The notes below the pieces were generated by a model, which was not told where the DNA came from, searched no databases, and saw nothing but the letters and a program-made list of their open reading frames with translations. Below, piece by piece: positions 50,534 to 63,025 of a stretch of DNA of 64,000 nucleotides. The position numbers were made by a program, and so were the translations under genes. Source of the DNA: Selaginella moellendorffii (lineage: Eukaryota > Plantae > Lycopodiophyta); NCBI RefSeq assembly GCF_000143415.4, contig NW_003314302.1, forward strand, positions 451,182 through 515,181, read 5' to 3'. Position 1 is the first letter of the stretch; every line of letters starts with the position of its first letter.

Positions 50534-52006
50534 TTAAGCTACACACTCGCCACCTTCCTTCTCTTCTTCAGAACTTGTTCCTTCCTCTCCTTCAGACGAA
50601 GAAGAAGCATCTTCACTTGATTCCGTGGAAGACCCACTGTCTTCTTCTTGTGCTTTAGCTTCTTCCCTTGACGAAGAAGAGCCTGATGAAGCAGCAGAAG
50701 AAGCCGATGACGAAGAGCGCGACGATTTACTCCAAGGCTGGATGATGCTACAGACGACTTGCTCCGCAGGATCTATCATCCCCAGTCCCTGCAACCTCGT
50801 GCAAAAGCTCCGCAATGCAGCCTGCACCTTATCCACGCCACCCACGTTGTTACCAAGCCTTTGCTGCTCAAAAATGAGCTGAGGAGATTCTTGTGTTGTC
50901 AAGTGCTCGGCCAGCTCCGGCGCTCCTCCCTGGATCAGCTGCTGCTTGAAAAACTCACACATCTCATCTTCATCAGGATCGTCATACCAATAGTAGTCCG
51001 GCATGTAGAAACCAGCGGCAAGGCTGTGGATCGTCGCAGTCTTGGCACCATCCCAGTCGAGAATGCTGGTGACATGCCCGGAATCTGGATCGAGCAGAAC
51101 TTGCGGGAGCCCAAACTCGGGATGAACAAGGTAGAACTTGTTGTCATTCTTCCCAAGATCTTGGAACTTGATGTCATTCTTCCCAAGAGCTTGGAACTTG
51201 TTGTCACTCTTGCGAAGGTCTTGGAACTTATTGTCATTCTCCACAGGATCTTGGAACTTGTTCACGAGCCAATCCAGCACGAGCTTGGCATTGGCTCTGA
51301 TGGATTTGCCGTGCTTGGGATCATCCCCGTAGAGCAACACGAAGCCCTCGATCTGGTTCCTTGCGTATTCCGTCCACGACGAGTAAGGCCCGGGGCTGAG
51401 CTCGCCAACTTCGATGCCGCGCTCCATTGCCAAGCTCACGGCACCTTGCAGCATTCTCCCCACGCACGGAGAGCCGTCGGATGAGGAGACCTCCATGCTG
51501 CCCAGCGAATCCAACGGGTGGCGATAGAGCTGGAGCGTGACCATGGCGAGGTCAGCCAGCACGGCCTTCTTCCACGCCAGCGTGGCGTCTTTGCTCCACA
51601 CATTGTAGGCGGGGACCCCCTCGGCGACGCCCATGACAGCGAAGTGGGATCCGCCACGTGGCAAGTAGGGCAGAGGTGGCCGTGCCACGTAGACAGGCCC
51701 TGCGACCACGGCGGGAAGATCCAGCCTCGCGAGGAAGAGCGTCGCGGCGTAGCCCGAGATTGCGAGCGGCAGTGGCACCCGGAGCTCGCCTGGGAGCCCG
51801 ATTCGAATGGCGACGCGGCGTGGCTGCTCATCCTCTTGATGATCCAGCAGTAGGGCCTCGATCACGAGGTTGAAAGATCCACAGCCGAGGATTTTCTGGA
51901 AGCGGACCTTGCAGCCCAGCGTCCTGGCGATGATCCTTTGCAACCAGCTCGGGAAGCAGCGAAAACGCTGGAACACTGTGCGCCGGAGCTTAGCCACTTC
52001 CGCCAT
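50534..52006 (-). CDS. APH/choline-kinase-like phosphotransferase-fold protein, intronless, possibly catalytically altered
   Basis: GCGSFN Gly loop, VAIR strand, GPYSSW, LVHPEFGLPQVLLD...VTSILDWD (Brenner-type HxDxxxxN...DW pattern), acidic Ser-rich tail. Confidence 0.75.
   Translation of the reverse strand: MAEVAKLRRTVFQRFRCFPSWLQRIIARTLGCKVRFQKILGCGSFNLVIEALLLDHQEDEQPRRVAIRIGLPGELRVPLPLAISGYAATLFLARLDLPAVVAGPVYVARPPLPYLPRGGSHFAVMGVAEGVPAYNVWSKDATLAWKKAVLADLAMVTLQLYRHPLDSLGSMEVSSSDGSPCVGRMLQGAVSLAMERGIEVGELSPGPYSSWTEYARNQIEGFVLLYGDDPKHGKSIRANAKLVLDWLVNKFQDPVENDNKFQDLRKSDNKFQALGKNDIKFQDLGKNDNKFYLVHPEFGLPQVLLDPDSGHVTSILDWDGAKTATIHSLAAGFYMPDYYWYDDPDEDEMCEFFKQQLIQGGAPELAEHLTTQESPQLIFEQQRLGNNVGGVDKVQAALRSFCTRLQGLGMIDPAEQVVCSIIQPWSKSSRSSSSASSAASSGSSSSREEAKAQEEDSGSSTESSEDASSSSEGEEGTSSEEEKEGGECVA
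51134..51262 (-). repeat. In-frame 30-bp tandem repeat (NKFQDLGKND, about 4.3 copies)
   Basis: TTGGAACTTGTTGTCATTCTTCCCAAGATC-like units. Confidence 0.92.
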
Positions 52007-52857
52007 AGCTGGACGCCCTAATTCCTGGGAAGTGGACGGCCGAGATTAGTCCAATTCAACGGTGAGGATGTTAAGCGGGATATTTGAATGATGATTAGCT
52101 TAGTACTAATTAACTTTAAGGTTAGCGACGAGCGATACCACCACGATCAAAATCACGATGTGAATTCTCGCTCCTTTTATGGAAGCCGAGAAAGCATCTC
52201 TCGCGAGCACGCGATCGTCCCTCTTAGCGACACGATCGCCTCTCAAACTTGCCGAAAGTTTCGGCTGCCTCAATTGCTTGCAGATCGAAATGCCGGATTT
52301 GGAGCCGCGACCACACCTCGTCGTGGCAGTCGAGCTTACTGGCTTCGACCATGCTAAGTTTCTTGTCGCAAAAGCTCCTAAGAAAAGGCTCAAATATGTA
52401 CTGACTATGAAACACGTACCTTCTCATCCTACATGGAGAACAAATGGCGCTTCACCGTGCGCAGTGTTTGCTCTTTTTGACCTCCAAGCTCCCGGATGAC
52501 CGTGTTGAAGAACAGTGCCTGGGAGAGAGAGTGGGTCGGCTATTGATGTTAGCAATGCTGGAACTGTTTGACATCAATCACCAGCATCTACTTGCTTACC
52601 AGTTTCGCTGGCTTTGATACCCGAGGCTGTCGCCAGCTACAAATCTTTTCGAGACTGCAGGCCAGCAGCCGGGGATTTCGTCGAGAAAACTTGCTCGATG
52701 AGGTTTCCTTGTTCTCTCCGAAAAGTATCGCCCCAAGGCTACAGCTTTTGTGTTGATCAAAGGAAGGCTAGATTGGAGCGAATGCTGCTGAGCTGACCAC
52801 AGGAGGAAAATTTAGATCGAGGCAGCAAGAGAAAGCAAAGGTTTCTTTCATTGCAAA

Positions 52858-53862
52858 ATGGATACTCACTTGTCTTTCTACAAGGCTGAGCCTGCCACCG
52901 AAGTAGGAATGTTTCTCGACATGGATAGCATAGCAGAAAATATGAGCATGGATCCTGCATTGAATCATAACGACGAAGAAAGTAAAGCCAAGGTAGAATC
53001 TAGCACTCACTTGAATTCTCAGGAAAAGGCTCAGCATTCCCCCTCCAAGGCTGCCAAGGACGAGGTAGTCGATCACAGGCCCTGGATTCTTGACACAGCA
53101 TCCAGCATGAGTAGCACTACCACTGACGAAGTGGATTTGATGTCGGATCTAGATTCTTTACTCCTCTCGAGGGCGCAATCTGTTTCACAATCTCTGCCTC
53201 TACATCTGGTCCACAGAAGCACGAGCTTGAACTCGTTAGGACAACTCCTTTCAGGAATTGGACATAGCGTACCTTGCACACAAAATGCCCCTCTTGACTC
53301 CTCAACGTTGAGAAAACCATCTTTGCTAGGAAGAACACCTTCTTTGCCAAACTTGGCAGGAATTACTGCAGCAACTGATGATGTAAGTTTAAATCATGAG
53401 AATGATAAGCTGATCTTACTTTTCCGTGTTGCAGAGTACTGATAACAGCCCGTCGAACAGCCCTTGCAACAGTGGCGGATCGAAGGCTTCCCAAGAGAAA
53501 GCAAACAAATATACTCCTGAGGAAAGAAAAGCAAAATTAGAGCGATACAGGCAGAAACGGTCAGAACGAAATTTTCAAAAGAAAATTAAGGTACAAACGA
53601 ACTCCACAAGAACCACTACTTACTTACGCTTGTACTATTTAGTATGCATGTCGGAAAACGCTAGCAGACAGTCGGCCTCGAGTACGAGGAAGATTTGCCA
53701 AGAATGACGACGTCGCACAACACGAGAATCTAAAAGCAGAAAGCCATGAAGTAAGTATCCTCCTTTTAAATACAAAAAAAAAAAAAAAAAAAACGAAAAC
53801 ACTTTCAGGAGATCGGAATAAGGAGAACGACCAGTTGCACATACCTTACCTTTCCGTATTGA
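52858..53862 (+). CDS. CCT-motif family protein, multi-exon
   Basis: YTPEERKAKLERYRQKRSERNFQKKIK-YACRKTLADSRPRVRGRFAKN. The 5' and 3' ends are uncertain. Confidence 0.82.
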
Positions 53863-54072
53863 AGATATCTCCACTTCCAAACTGCAAGGAGAATAAACGA
53901 ATTAGAAACACACATACCTGATCAAAGAAATGTGTCCATTTTAAATGAACGACACTGAACGACACTAAACGACACGCTTAGTTTGTCTTCCTCAAACTGC
54001 CGGGTACAGTGTAGCAATCCCTCCTAACCCTGGACGAAAAAAACCCAAAGTTGCGATACGAGGGAGTAAGCC

Positions 54073-56676
54073 TCAAGCGGTCCTGTTCTTATTCACATAT
54101 GCTAAGAACCCCGTGGGCCGGGGAGCTGACTGCACCCGTAGTGATCGTCGTATGTTGGCTTCTTCTAGAGCTATTCTCTGAGCTACATCCTTGGACCGTT
54201 TCTGCATCGAAGTACTGAAATGGAAAGCTCTTAGCCATAAAAAAACTAAACAGCAAACCATATACCTGATTCTAGTGTAAGTGCTCTCTATTTGGTCCCG
54301 CAAAGCTTTCTCCCTTGCTCCTTTCGGGTTCAAAGATTCCTGCAATTCATCGAGCTGCTTTGCCCAGGTCAGCGAACTGACAATCCAAGCTTGACTCAAA
54401 CACTTACTTCCTTCTTTGAACTGTAGAAAGACCAGCTGTTTGCGTCTTCACTTTCGACAAAAATGCGTCCCTCCCTATGAAAAAACCAGTATCTATTGTA
54501 GTTGCGGTCCCTCCCTAGCGGGCTCATCCGAATGGTGCATTTCTCGAGTTCACGATCGAGATGCTCCTGAAGTTTGATAGACAAGATAATAAGCGAACAA
54601 AATAAAAAACCACACGTACCAGTCTTTTCTGGAGCTCAGACTCAGCCCTTTCTTTTTCCGTTTGTGGCTCCCTTTCATCGTGAAGTTCGACTCTGTTACA
54701 CCTAAACAACGTCTGCCTCGAGCTATTGAAGAACAAACAACGTGCGCTGTATTCCCTGTCAACACACCCCCGTCAATAAAACACAAAGAGAAAGAAGGAA
54801 AATTTTAACCTCTTGACGCCATTTGCATCAGCGTTACCATTCCGTTTCCGTTTTCCTTTTTTCAGCCACCCGATTAAGCATCCATTTTCGTGCAGGCACT
54901 CTTTGGGCTTGCACTCTGAAACATCTTCAGTGCAGCCATTTTCCAGACTCTCGGTTGCTTTAGCTTTTTCCATAAACCTTGAGCCCTTTCTCATGGATAT
55001 CGGGAGGCCTTCGCCACGTCTTTGAGCGGAAAGACTCTCGAACTCTTCAATGTTCTCGTCCAGGTGACTGCGAATCGCGGTGGTGTTGATGGCTCTCTCA
55101 ATTAGCTCCTCGAATATCTCCAGTTTGGACAAGACAGGTAGCCTAGAGTAGCAGTCTGTCCGAATTGTCGACAGGTAAGGTTTCAACTTTTGAGGCCCTT
55201 CGAGCTCCAAATAGTCGCAAACATCATCCTTCCATGTATCTATAGAAAGCTGCATGGCATCGAGTAAGAAAGATCAACGAATGAAAGAAGGTACTTACTA
55301 TTACTTTCCGTTTTCTACGTTGGGCAAGTCGCTGCTTAACCCCCTGCTCGCCAAGGACAACGCGAAAAACGGCAAAATACGCCTCCGATAAGAGCGAGGA
55401 TTCGCCATCCGTATAAAGTAGTGCCTTCTCCAAATCGTACAACGAAAACTGCGACAGCTGTAACAATGTGCTAAATGAGTTGCAAAAGTCCCACACCATC
55501 AACGTAGCGCCGATACACTCAGCTTCGAGCGGAAAATCTGTGGAAGGCACAGGCCGTTCCGGTAAGGGAGGATCATCCGGGTTTGGCTCAAGGAGATTAT
55601 CATCCATGAGATCTTCGGAGGGTGACGAATAGCCTGGCCAGAAACAACCATCCATTCAGAGACTGATACAACTTCTAGAGATATGACGGCTTACCATCGT
55701 ACTTTTTCTTTGATCTACCACTCGATCCGCAATCCCTGTATTTCTTGCTGCGCTTTCGAGCTGTATACTCAACATCGGCATCTTGCAAACTTTCGTCCTG
55801 GAAAGGCAGTAAGAAGACAGAAAGAAACATCACGCACTTACAAAGTAAGATTGGTTGACTTGTCTTTGAGTCGGATCGAGTCTAGTGTGCAACTGCTTCT
55901 CCTCTTTCGGTGGATCAAAAGGTATTTTGAACTTCCTAGCCAGCTTGTCCCGCACCAACCAAGGCATGTCCAGCGTTACTTCTCCATAAGCTGACTCCTG
56001 AATAAACTTCTTCAACGCTTCTTTTGTAAACGGTAGCTTTCTCTTCATCAAGTTGATAGGATCCTCCACAGCCTTCTCGGTAATCTGCCCTTCTCCATCG
56101 AGCCAGCCGACTTCGTACTTTAAAGCCTTTGTACCATTCTCTCCATCTTGTTCAGAGACGTCAAGTATCCTGCACTTCCGTCTCGCATCGTCGGCAATGC
56201 TTGGGATTTCCTCCCCAGGAACAAATCTATCGCTGAGAGTCGTAAAAACGTGGTCAACGAGCTCATCGGTCTCAAGCTCACCTGGCAGAAATAGGACAAT
56301 ATGTTACAGAACAAAATTCCAAGTCGATCACTTACTAAATTGGACCAGGTGTAGAACTGGTCCCATGAAATCTTTCGGAAACTCGGCCTTTTGAGCTGCT
56401 CGACACTCCGAAACCAATGCCTTCTCGTAAGTGAGACCTTCCCGACGAGTAGCTTTGCACGTCCATATCTTTTGCCGATAGAGATTCATGCGTCTCACAT
56501 ACTCGCTGCATTAAAACATCAAGGAGCTCAAACCGAGAACTATGAAAGAAAGAATGCACATACTCATAGTCCCGGAAAATCTCCTTCGTGAACCGGACCT
56601 GGAACACCATCTCGTCGGGCGACAAATCCTCTGGCGTCTCAGCCAGCAAGAAAACTTCCTGCCTCAGTAGCGGCAT
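54073..56676 (-). CDS. WAC/DDT/WHIM domain chromatin protein (ACF1/ISWI-partner-like), multi-exon
   Basis: N-terminal MPLL...VFQVRFTKEIFRDYE (WAC), LMVWDFCNSFSTLLQLSQFS (DDT), PLGRDRNYNRYWFF and LNPKGAREKAL (WHIM/WSD). Confidence 0.88.
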
Positions 56677-57303
56677 CTTGAAAGCACTGCTCTACTCACT
56701 CCCCGGTGCTAGAATCCTTCCTCGAACCGCCATGCATCTGTTCTACCAAGAACTCCCGACCCTCCTGCCCTAGAAAAAAACCTAGAAACGATTTTCCCGC
56801 AGCTCAAATGCCAGAAAATCCCCCCGATCGCAGCGCCAGAGCTCGAGAAAATCCCCAGGCCGCGCCCCCGGGGCTCACATTTCCAGCATTCTCACGCACC
56901 TGGTGGGAAGAAATCCGTCCACGCAGCAAGAAATGCCCGATCTTTGTCGCCCGGCCACGGATTCACAGGCGCTGCCGCTCGCCGTGACGAGCTCGAGGAG
57001 CTGGATCCCGTGCTGCCGATGCCGATGCCGCTGCCGCTGCCACCGCCGCTGCGTCTTCTTCCAGGATTCCATGCCGTCACGGCGCCAGTGACATTCTATC
57101 CGGGGCGCTGGAAAATTCCCTGGCGCTGGAAAATCCTCGCGCAGCGCCCTGGCGCCTCCCTATCTATCTCTATTCTGGCGACGAAGAAAGAAAATCAAGG
57201 GCTCTCTCATCAACTGCATTCCCGTTTATGTCATTGTGTTAGCTTCTTCTTTAACCCATGGGTATTACGTTTACACGCCGGATATAATCTTTGTACACAA
57301 AGG

Positions 57304-58840
57304 ATGGTCTCGCAAACAATGGTGAAGGGCTTCAAGGTTTACACGCCTGGCGGCCCAGAGGTAAGCAAGCGCCATCGTTTCTTCCAGCTAGGGTTTCGCG
57401 ATACCGCGAATTTCTTGCGAAATTCAGCGAGATCGTGCGCTGTTCTAGCGTAATTTCTCGGTTTTCGTCCGGATTTCTCGTGTTTGGCTGGAATTTCTTG
57501 CTTGGTTGACAGTCCAAGCCCTGATTGAGCAAACTGTGATGCTTGAGAAGGATATGTTCATGTTCTATGTGATTCTTCTATTGCATATTGCGTGAAGAAG
57601 AACCCTTTCTTTGTTTTTGTCCTCTTACAGGTACTAAAATATGAAGAACTGGACGTGGGAGAGCCCGGCGAGGGCCAAGTTAAGATCCGAATTAAAGCTG
57701 TTGGTCTCAACTTCATCGATGTTTACTTTCGAAAGGGGGCCTACGGCGCCAAAATGCCATATGTTCCTGGTAAGCCCAGCTAGAGTATATCAACTCCTCT
57801 CATTGCTTTTTCATTCTTTCATTCTTTTCTTCTTTGTTTTCGTATTGATCTTCTTTTCTTCTTTGTTTCGTTCTTCGTTTCAACAGGCTTCGAGTCCGCA
57901 GGCGAGGTCATTGCAATCGGTCCAGGCGTGACAGACGCCAAAGTGGGAGACAAAGTTGGATGCATGGGAGCTTTCGGTGCCTACGCTGAAGAACAGATTG
58001 TTCCAGCGCGTGCGTTAGTTCCCATTCCTGAAAGTGTGGACTTCATCAAAGCGGGAGCGATACTGCTCAAAGGAATGACCGCACAAATGCTGCTTCGAAA
58101 AACCTTCAAGGTTTTCTTATATTTTTATGGTTCTAGTTTCTTAGTTCTTCTGTTTTTTTGTTCTCTCAGGTAGGACCCGAGCACACGATTCTAGTTCACG
58201 CCGCTGCCGGTGGTGTTGGCTCGCTGCTCTGCCAGTGGGCTCGGTCGCTGGGTGCTCAAGTCATTGGCTGCGTCTCAAACGAAGAAAAAGCTCGCCAGGC
58301 CACTGAGGATGGATGCCACCACGTAATCATTTACTCCAAGGAAGACTTTGGCAAGCGAGTCATGGCCATCACAAACAATAGCGGCGTTCACGTTGTCTAC
58401 GACTCGGTTGGCAGGGACACGTTCCAGGTACCTCTTTCTTTGCAAAGTTCACGCAAAGTTCTTTGCAAAGTTCTTCGCAAAGTTCTTTCACAAGTTCTTT
58501 AGTCAGAGTTTTCAAACTTTCTTCTTTTTTCTTCCAGGGATCTCTCGATTGCTTGGCTACTCGCGGTTACATGATAAGTTATGGACAATCCTCCGGCGCT
58601 CCAGATCCTTTCACAATGTCCATACTCGCTCCAAAGTCGCTCTTCCTCACCAGGCCATCGATCCAGTATACCACCAACAGGGACGAGCTACTGGAGATGG
58701 CCAATGATCTCTTCCACAACGTCGAGGCCGGAGTTCTCAAAGTCCGCGTAAACCAGACTTATCCTCTCTCGGACGCAGCAAAGGCTCACGATGATATCGA
58801 GAATCGAAGAACAACTGGCTCTACTGTCCTTATACCATAG
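57304..58840 (+). CDS. NADPH:quinone oxidoreductase (zeta-crystallin-like MDR), multi-exon
   Basis: GGPEVLKYEE, AVGLNFIDVYFRKG, LLKGMTA, VHAAAGGVG, VVYDSVG, YGQSSG, RRTTGSTVLIP*. Start is 57304 or 57319. Confidence 0.92.
58441..58500 (+). repeat. 12-bp tandem repeat (GCAAAGTTCTTT) in an intron
   Basis: About 5 copies. Confidence 0.8.
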
Positions 58841-58875
58841 ATAGTTTACAGCTCGAGAAAAGCTTGCGATACCTC

Positions 58876-61800
58876 TTAAGCTTTGAGATAAAGCTCTATG
58901 TTTTCGACGCCGCAAAGCATTCGCACCTTGTCTATCGTGGCTGGGGCGTCCAGCTGGAAATAAGGCTCCGGATCGCAGAGGTTCTTACGAGCAGCAGCTA
59001 TGGCGTGCCTGAGAGCACCGTGCACTGACGATGCCAGGAGCAAAGGTGGCTCTCCAGAAGCTACACAATTCAAGTCAAGGAGCTCGATCAAGACGATCTC
59101 TAAGGAACAGCAAAGGAAAGAAAAATGTTCCATCGTTTATAAGCTTTCCTTGATCGTCGTGGCGATGCTCCTCGGATGTAAAGAATCCCACGCCTTGAGC
59201 AAACGCACCCTCGATCTGGAAATGAAGAATCTCTCTAAGAGCTTGCAATAGTTTCTGGAAAATATGTTACCTTCCCAATGTCCACGGCCGGATTTATGCT
59301 CTTCCCACAGTCGTAGACAATGTCGGTTTGGAGAATTTCGTACTCGCCAGTGAGAACATCGATCTCAACCTTGACAAGTGAAAATCCAAGCCATGGATGA
59401 AACCAAAACAAAACAAAAAATAAGAAAATGAAAGAACAAGAGATGGAAAAAACGATCTTACCTCACTAGCAGCAGCACCATAGTTTATGTACGTCAGGGC
59501 CTCAGGCGACGAAACGAAGGCAGTTTGCGCGGCCATCTCGACCCGAGCATTCTTTGCCTGCAAAACATTAAAGGATAGAAACGAAAGCAAAAATCAAAAC
59601 AATCACAAACTTACAGCAAGAACGAGGGATTCCCACGACGACACCGTCTCTCCATCCCGGCACTCAGCCATTCTCTTTTCATGAATCGGCTTAAAGCGAT
59701 CGACGAGCACCCGGCAAGCCTTCCGCACGGCCTCGCAGCTCGCCTCGGACGTGGTACTACCGCCAGTCCATCCACCGTGCGGCATGCTAATGGTATCCGC
59801 CTGGACCACCCGGACTCTCCCGACGTCCACGCAAATCCCACCGCCGAGCCCCTCACCCACCGCCTGCCTCACTTTGGTCCACAGCCCCTGTCCAATCTCC
59901 ACGCCGCCAGTCTCCACCACCACGGATCCATCCGCCATGATCGACACTCTCCCTGGCTGGTACCGCTGCTGCACAGTGTACGTGCTCTGCGACACCGCCA
60001 CCCCGCGCTTCTTCCAAGCATTGGCTGCGTTGTATCTCTCCACTTCACGTAGCCGCTCGTCAACTTTTGCTCGATCTTTCAGCCGCGACCAGACCGCCGG
60101 GAGAGTGTATCCTTCCTCGCCCCCGACCGCGGCGTAGGCCGCCCCGGCGCTCTCGACCGAGTGGAGGTTGCGCTCCATGACGAGCTCCGAGCTCAAGTTT
60201 GTGAGAGCTGCGACGTGCTCGACCACTGCGTCGGCGAAGAAGCAGCCTTGGACGTGCGCATGACCGTCCTGCTCGGGATGTTGGTCCGGCACAGCACGAA
60301 CTCGAAGGAGAAGGCTCCCCAGTTGAGCTTCTTAAAGGCGGAGAGCACCCCCATTGGCATGACAGGGGTGAATTCTGGCGACCAGCCTCCTTGGATGAAG
60401 ATCTTGGCGTGGAGGGCGTTGATCTTGCCGTCGGGCTCGAAGCCTACGTCGTAAACGGCCTTCATTGGGTGCCTTCCACCCATCATGATCATGTCTGTGT
60501 TGCGGTCGAGAGTGAGGCGGACGGGGCGGCGGAGTTTGTACGCGGCGAGTGCGCAGGCAGAGGCAACCTGCACGATTCATGGTTAGAACCAAGGGCGTAA
60601 AAGGGAATGCGAGAAAACGAAGATGAGAAAAAGGAAGTGCTCGCAACAAAAACCATAGTTTTGATGCAAGAAGGTGCAAAACTGTAGACTACTTACCAGG
60701 CAGGCTTTGGTGCCTTTGCCTCCAAATCCTCCGCCAACTCGTCGGGTGATGACTCTCACGTTGTGCATGGGCAAGCCGAGGCAGGCTGACACGCTGTGTT
60801 GCACAAAGTCGGGGCTCTGGTAGGAACTGTAGACGACGAGACAGTTGTCCTCGTCCGGAACGACCAACGCAGTCTGTGGTTCCATGTAGAAATAGTACTG
60901 CGACCCTGTGCGCACCTGGAAGTTCCACTCGTGATCAAAACGTGCTTGCAAAAGAAAAATTGCTCCGTTTTACCTCAGCGTTTTCGATCTTAAGACTGGC
61001 CTTGGCCATCTCTTCGGCAACATTACCGTGTTTGTCCTTCATCACATCCTTGAAAAACTGTGGGATCTCGTGGAGTTCCCCTCTGGCAACCGCTTCTTCC
61101 ATGGTTAGCACGGGAGAGCCGACAGACTCCGTGTCGTAATCAATCACAACTTTGCCGGCGGCGGCCTTGGCGTTTCTCAGCGTGTCCGCAATTTGGACGA
61201 GGACAGGTTAAAATCAATGGATTCGTACGTAGCTTACCATAAGTCCGACGGCATGGCCCACGCACTCGACTTTGTCCTCGGCGAAGAGCTTTTCTTGAGA
61301 GAGATCGGAGACGAGGCCCATATTCTGTCCGCCAGAAGGAATGTCATCAACTCCAACGAAGGACACCGCGCCAGGCGAAGCCAGTGCATTCTCCAGCCGG
61401 ATTCCGTTTATCTTTGCCAATGCTTTCGTACTGTAAACATAGACTGCGTGCACGCAGTCCCTCGGAGCTGGAATATCATCCACGTAAATAGCTTCACCTG
61501 AAGAGAAGTTTTAAGAACAAAAACTAAAACCAAAACAGAACAGCTTACCTGAAGCTTGAAGCTCTCCCATAACCTTGGACATTGGCTGTCCGACAGCTCC
61601 CTGGAGATGTTCTTGCAATGTCTGTCTCCCAGACATGATCTTTCTTGACGACCTCGGGGTGCTTCCATTCTGGGCCTGTGTAATATACGGGAGCTCAGGT
61701 ACAATGCTGCTGCTTGGAGCGGCTAGAGAGCTTAAGAACTTGAAGAGGAAGCTCGCAACAAGCGAAGACCTGTAGTCGGCCTTCGAGGTCCCCTTCTTTG

Positions 61801-62728
61801 GCACTATAGAAACCTTCGTGAGCTGGATGGCCTCCAACATAACTCCACTGTCCACCACCTTCCCTTCGAGAAACCTCTCAACTTCAGTAGCACGCTGACA
61901 AGTAGGCTCTCCTCCAAAAGCACCGAACGCGAGCCTCGACTCGCAAACTCGTCCGTCACCCGAGAGATTGACGAGAAACGCCGCATTCACGTAAGCCACG
62001 GCGTTTCCGAGAGGCCGAGGTGATGCCCTGTATGAGTCAAACCTGACGTCCTGCTTGCTGTAGGATGGGATGCAGATCGACTTTAGAATGCTTTTCCCGT
62101 CCCATGTAGCTGCCACAAAGTCCTCCACAGACTGCCGTGATTCTCCAAACTTCTGTGTCACCACCTTGACCGAAGCGCCAGCTCCAACCAGCAAAGTCGC
62201 AATGTCGGAGTCGAAGCCGAGCTTCTGTGCCAGGATCAGATTTCCTCCCACGCTCCCCGCGTTTCTTACGTGCAAAGTTGCCACTTTTCTCATGTGCTCG
62301 GCCAACTTGAGATAAACTCCGCTCGAATCACTGCGGCCAAATGCTTCGAGGAGAGCTATAAGCTTGGATATCTTCACGGCAGCACTGACTTCAATCCCAT
62401 CCTCGGTAGCTTTCTCCTCCAGGACCTCTGGAACGGCACCGATCTCTATGAAAATTTCCGGACTGGACTGGAGATCGTCCTTGTAAATCCCTGTGCTGGT
62501 GTTTCCAGCTACAAGCCTGGCCGTGTCTTGATACCTCTCGAGCATCGTGAAAACTTCCTCCAAACCACCCGGTCGAATCCATTTCTTCGTAGAACCCAGA
62601 GCAACGAGAGAGTGATCCTGACGATCCAGAAAGTCGGGGAACTGAGAACCTTCCAGTCCTGGATTGTAGCCCAGCGAACAGAGAGCTGGCCTATTTCTTC
62701 TTTCCTGTCCGTGCGTCCGATGGATCAC
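58876..62728 (-). pseudogene. Aldehyde oxidase (AAO/XDH family), disrupted
   Basis: FAD domain (LVAGNT, VRNAGSVGGN) and Moco domain (YFYMEPQ, RRVGGGFGGK, GGVEIGQGLWTK, GGSTTSE, ASGEPPLLLA) are present. There is a frameshift at about 60255, a deletion at about 59126, and no 2Fe-2S domain upstream in the window. Confidence 0.82.
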
Positions 62729-62879
62729 GTCATAAGAGCTTGTGTTAAATCAAACCATGTTGTCGTCCTGGAATGGTGGTTTTTTAAAATGCATCTCCCA
62801 CCCACTTATAGGATCATCAGAGGAAAGGCAAGCAAGCACAACCCCAGCAATGATGCCTCAGGGCATCTGCAGCTTATTG

Positions 62880-63025
62880 ATACCTTGTGTTCCACCACTT
62901 TTTCTATGCTAAATGAATCTGCTTTACAAATGCATGGAAAACTGTTTCATGTTGTTTACGACCTTCCACATTTTACACACTCAATTCCCCCAGATCCCTT
63001 GGAATCTGTGTTTTTGGAAAGTTTA
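62880..63025 (-). mobile_element. Possible degraded LINE ORF2 zinc-binding (zf-RVT-like) relic
   Basis: The reverse strand reads IECVKCG, then in a shifted frame ETVFHAF...KKWW, resembling CxxC...ETxxHxF. Confidence 0.3.

Noticed and set aside
56791-57135. E2F-like TTTTCCCGC and a repeated GGCGCTGGAAAA upstream of the DDT gene
   Set aside because: Plausible for a chromatin gene but too short to support without conservation data.
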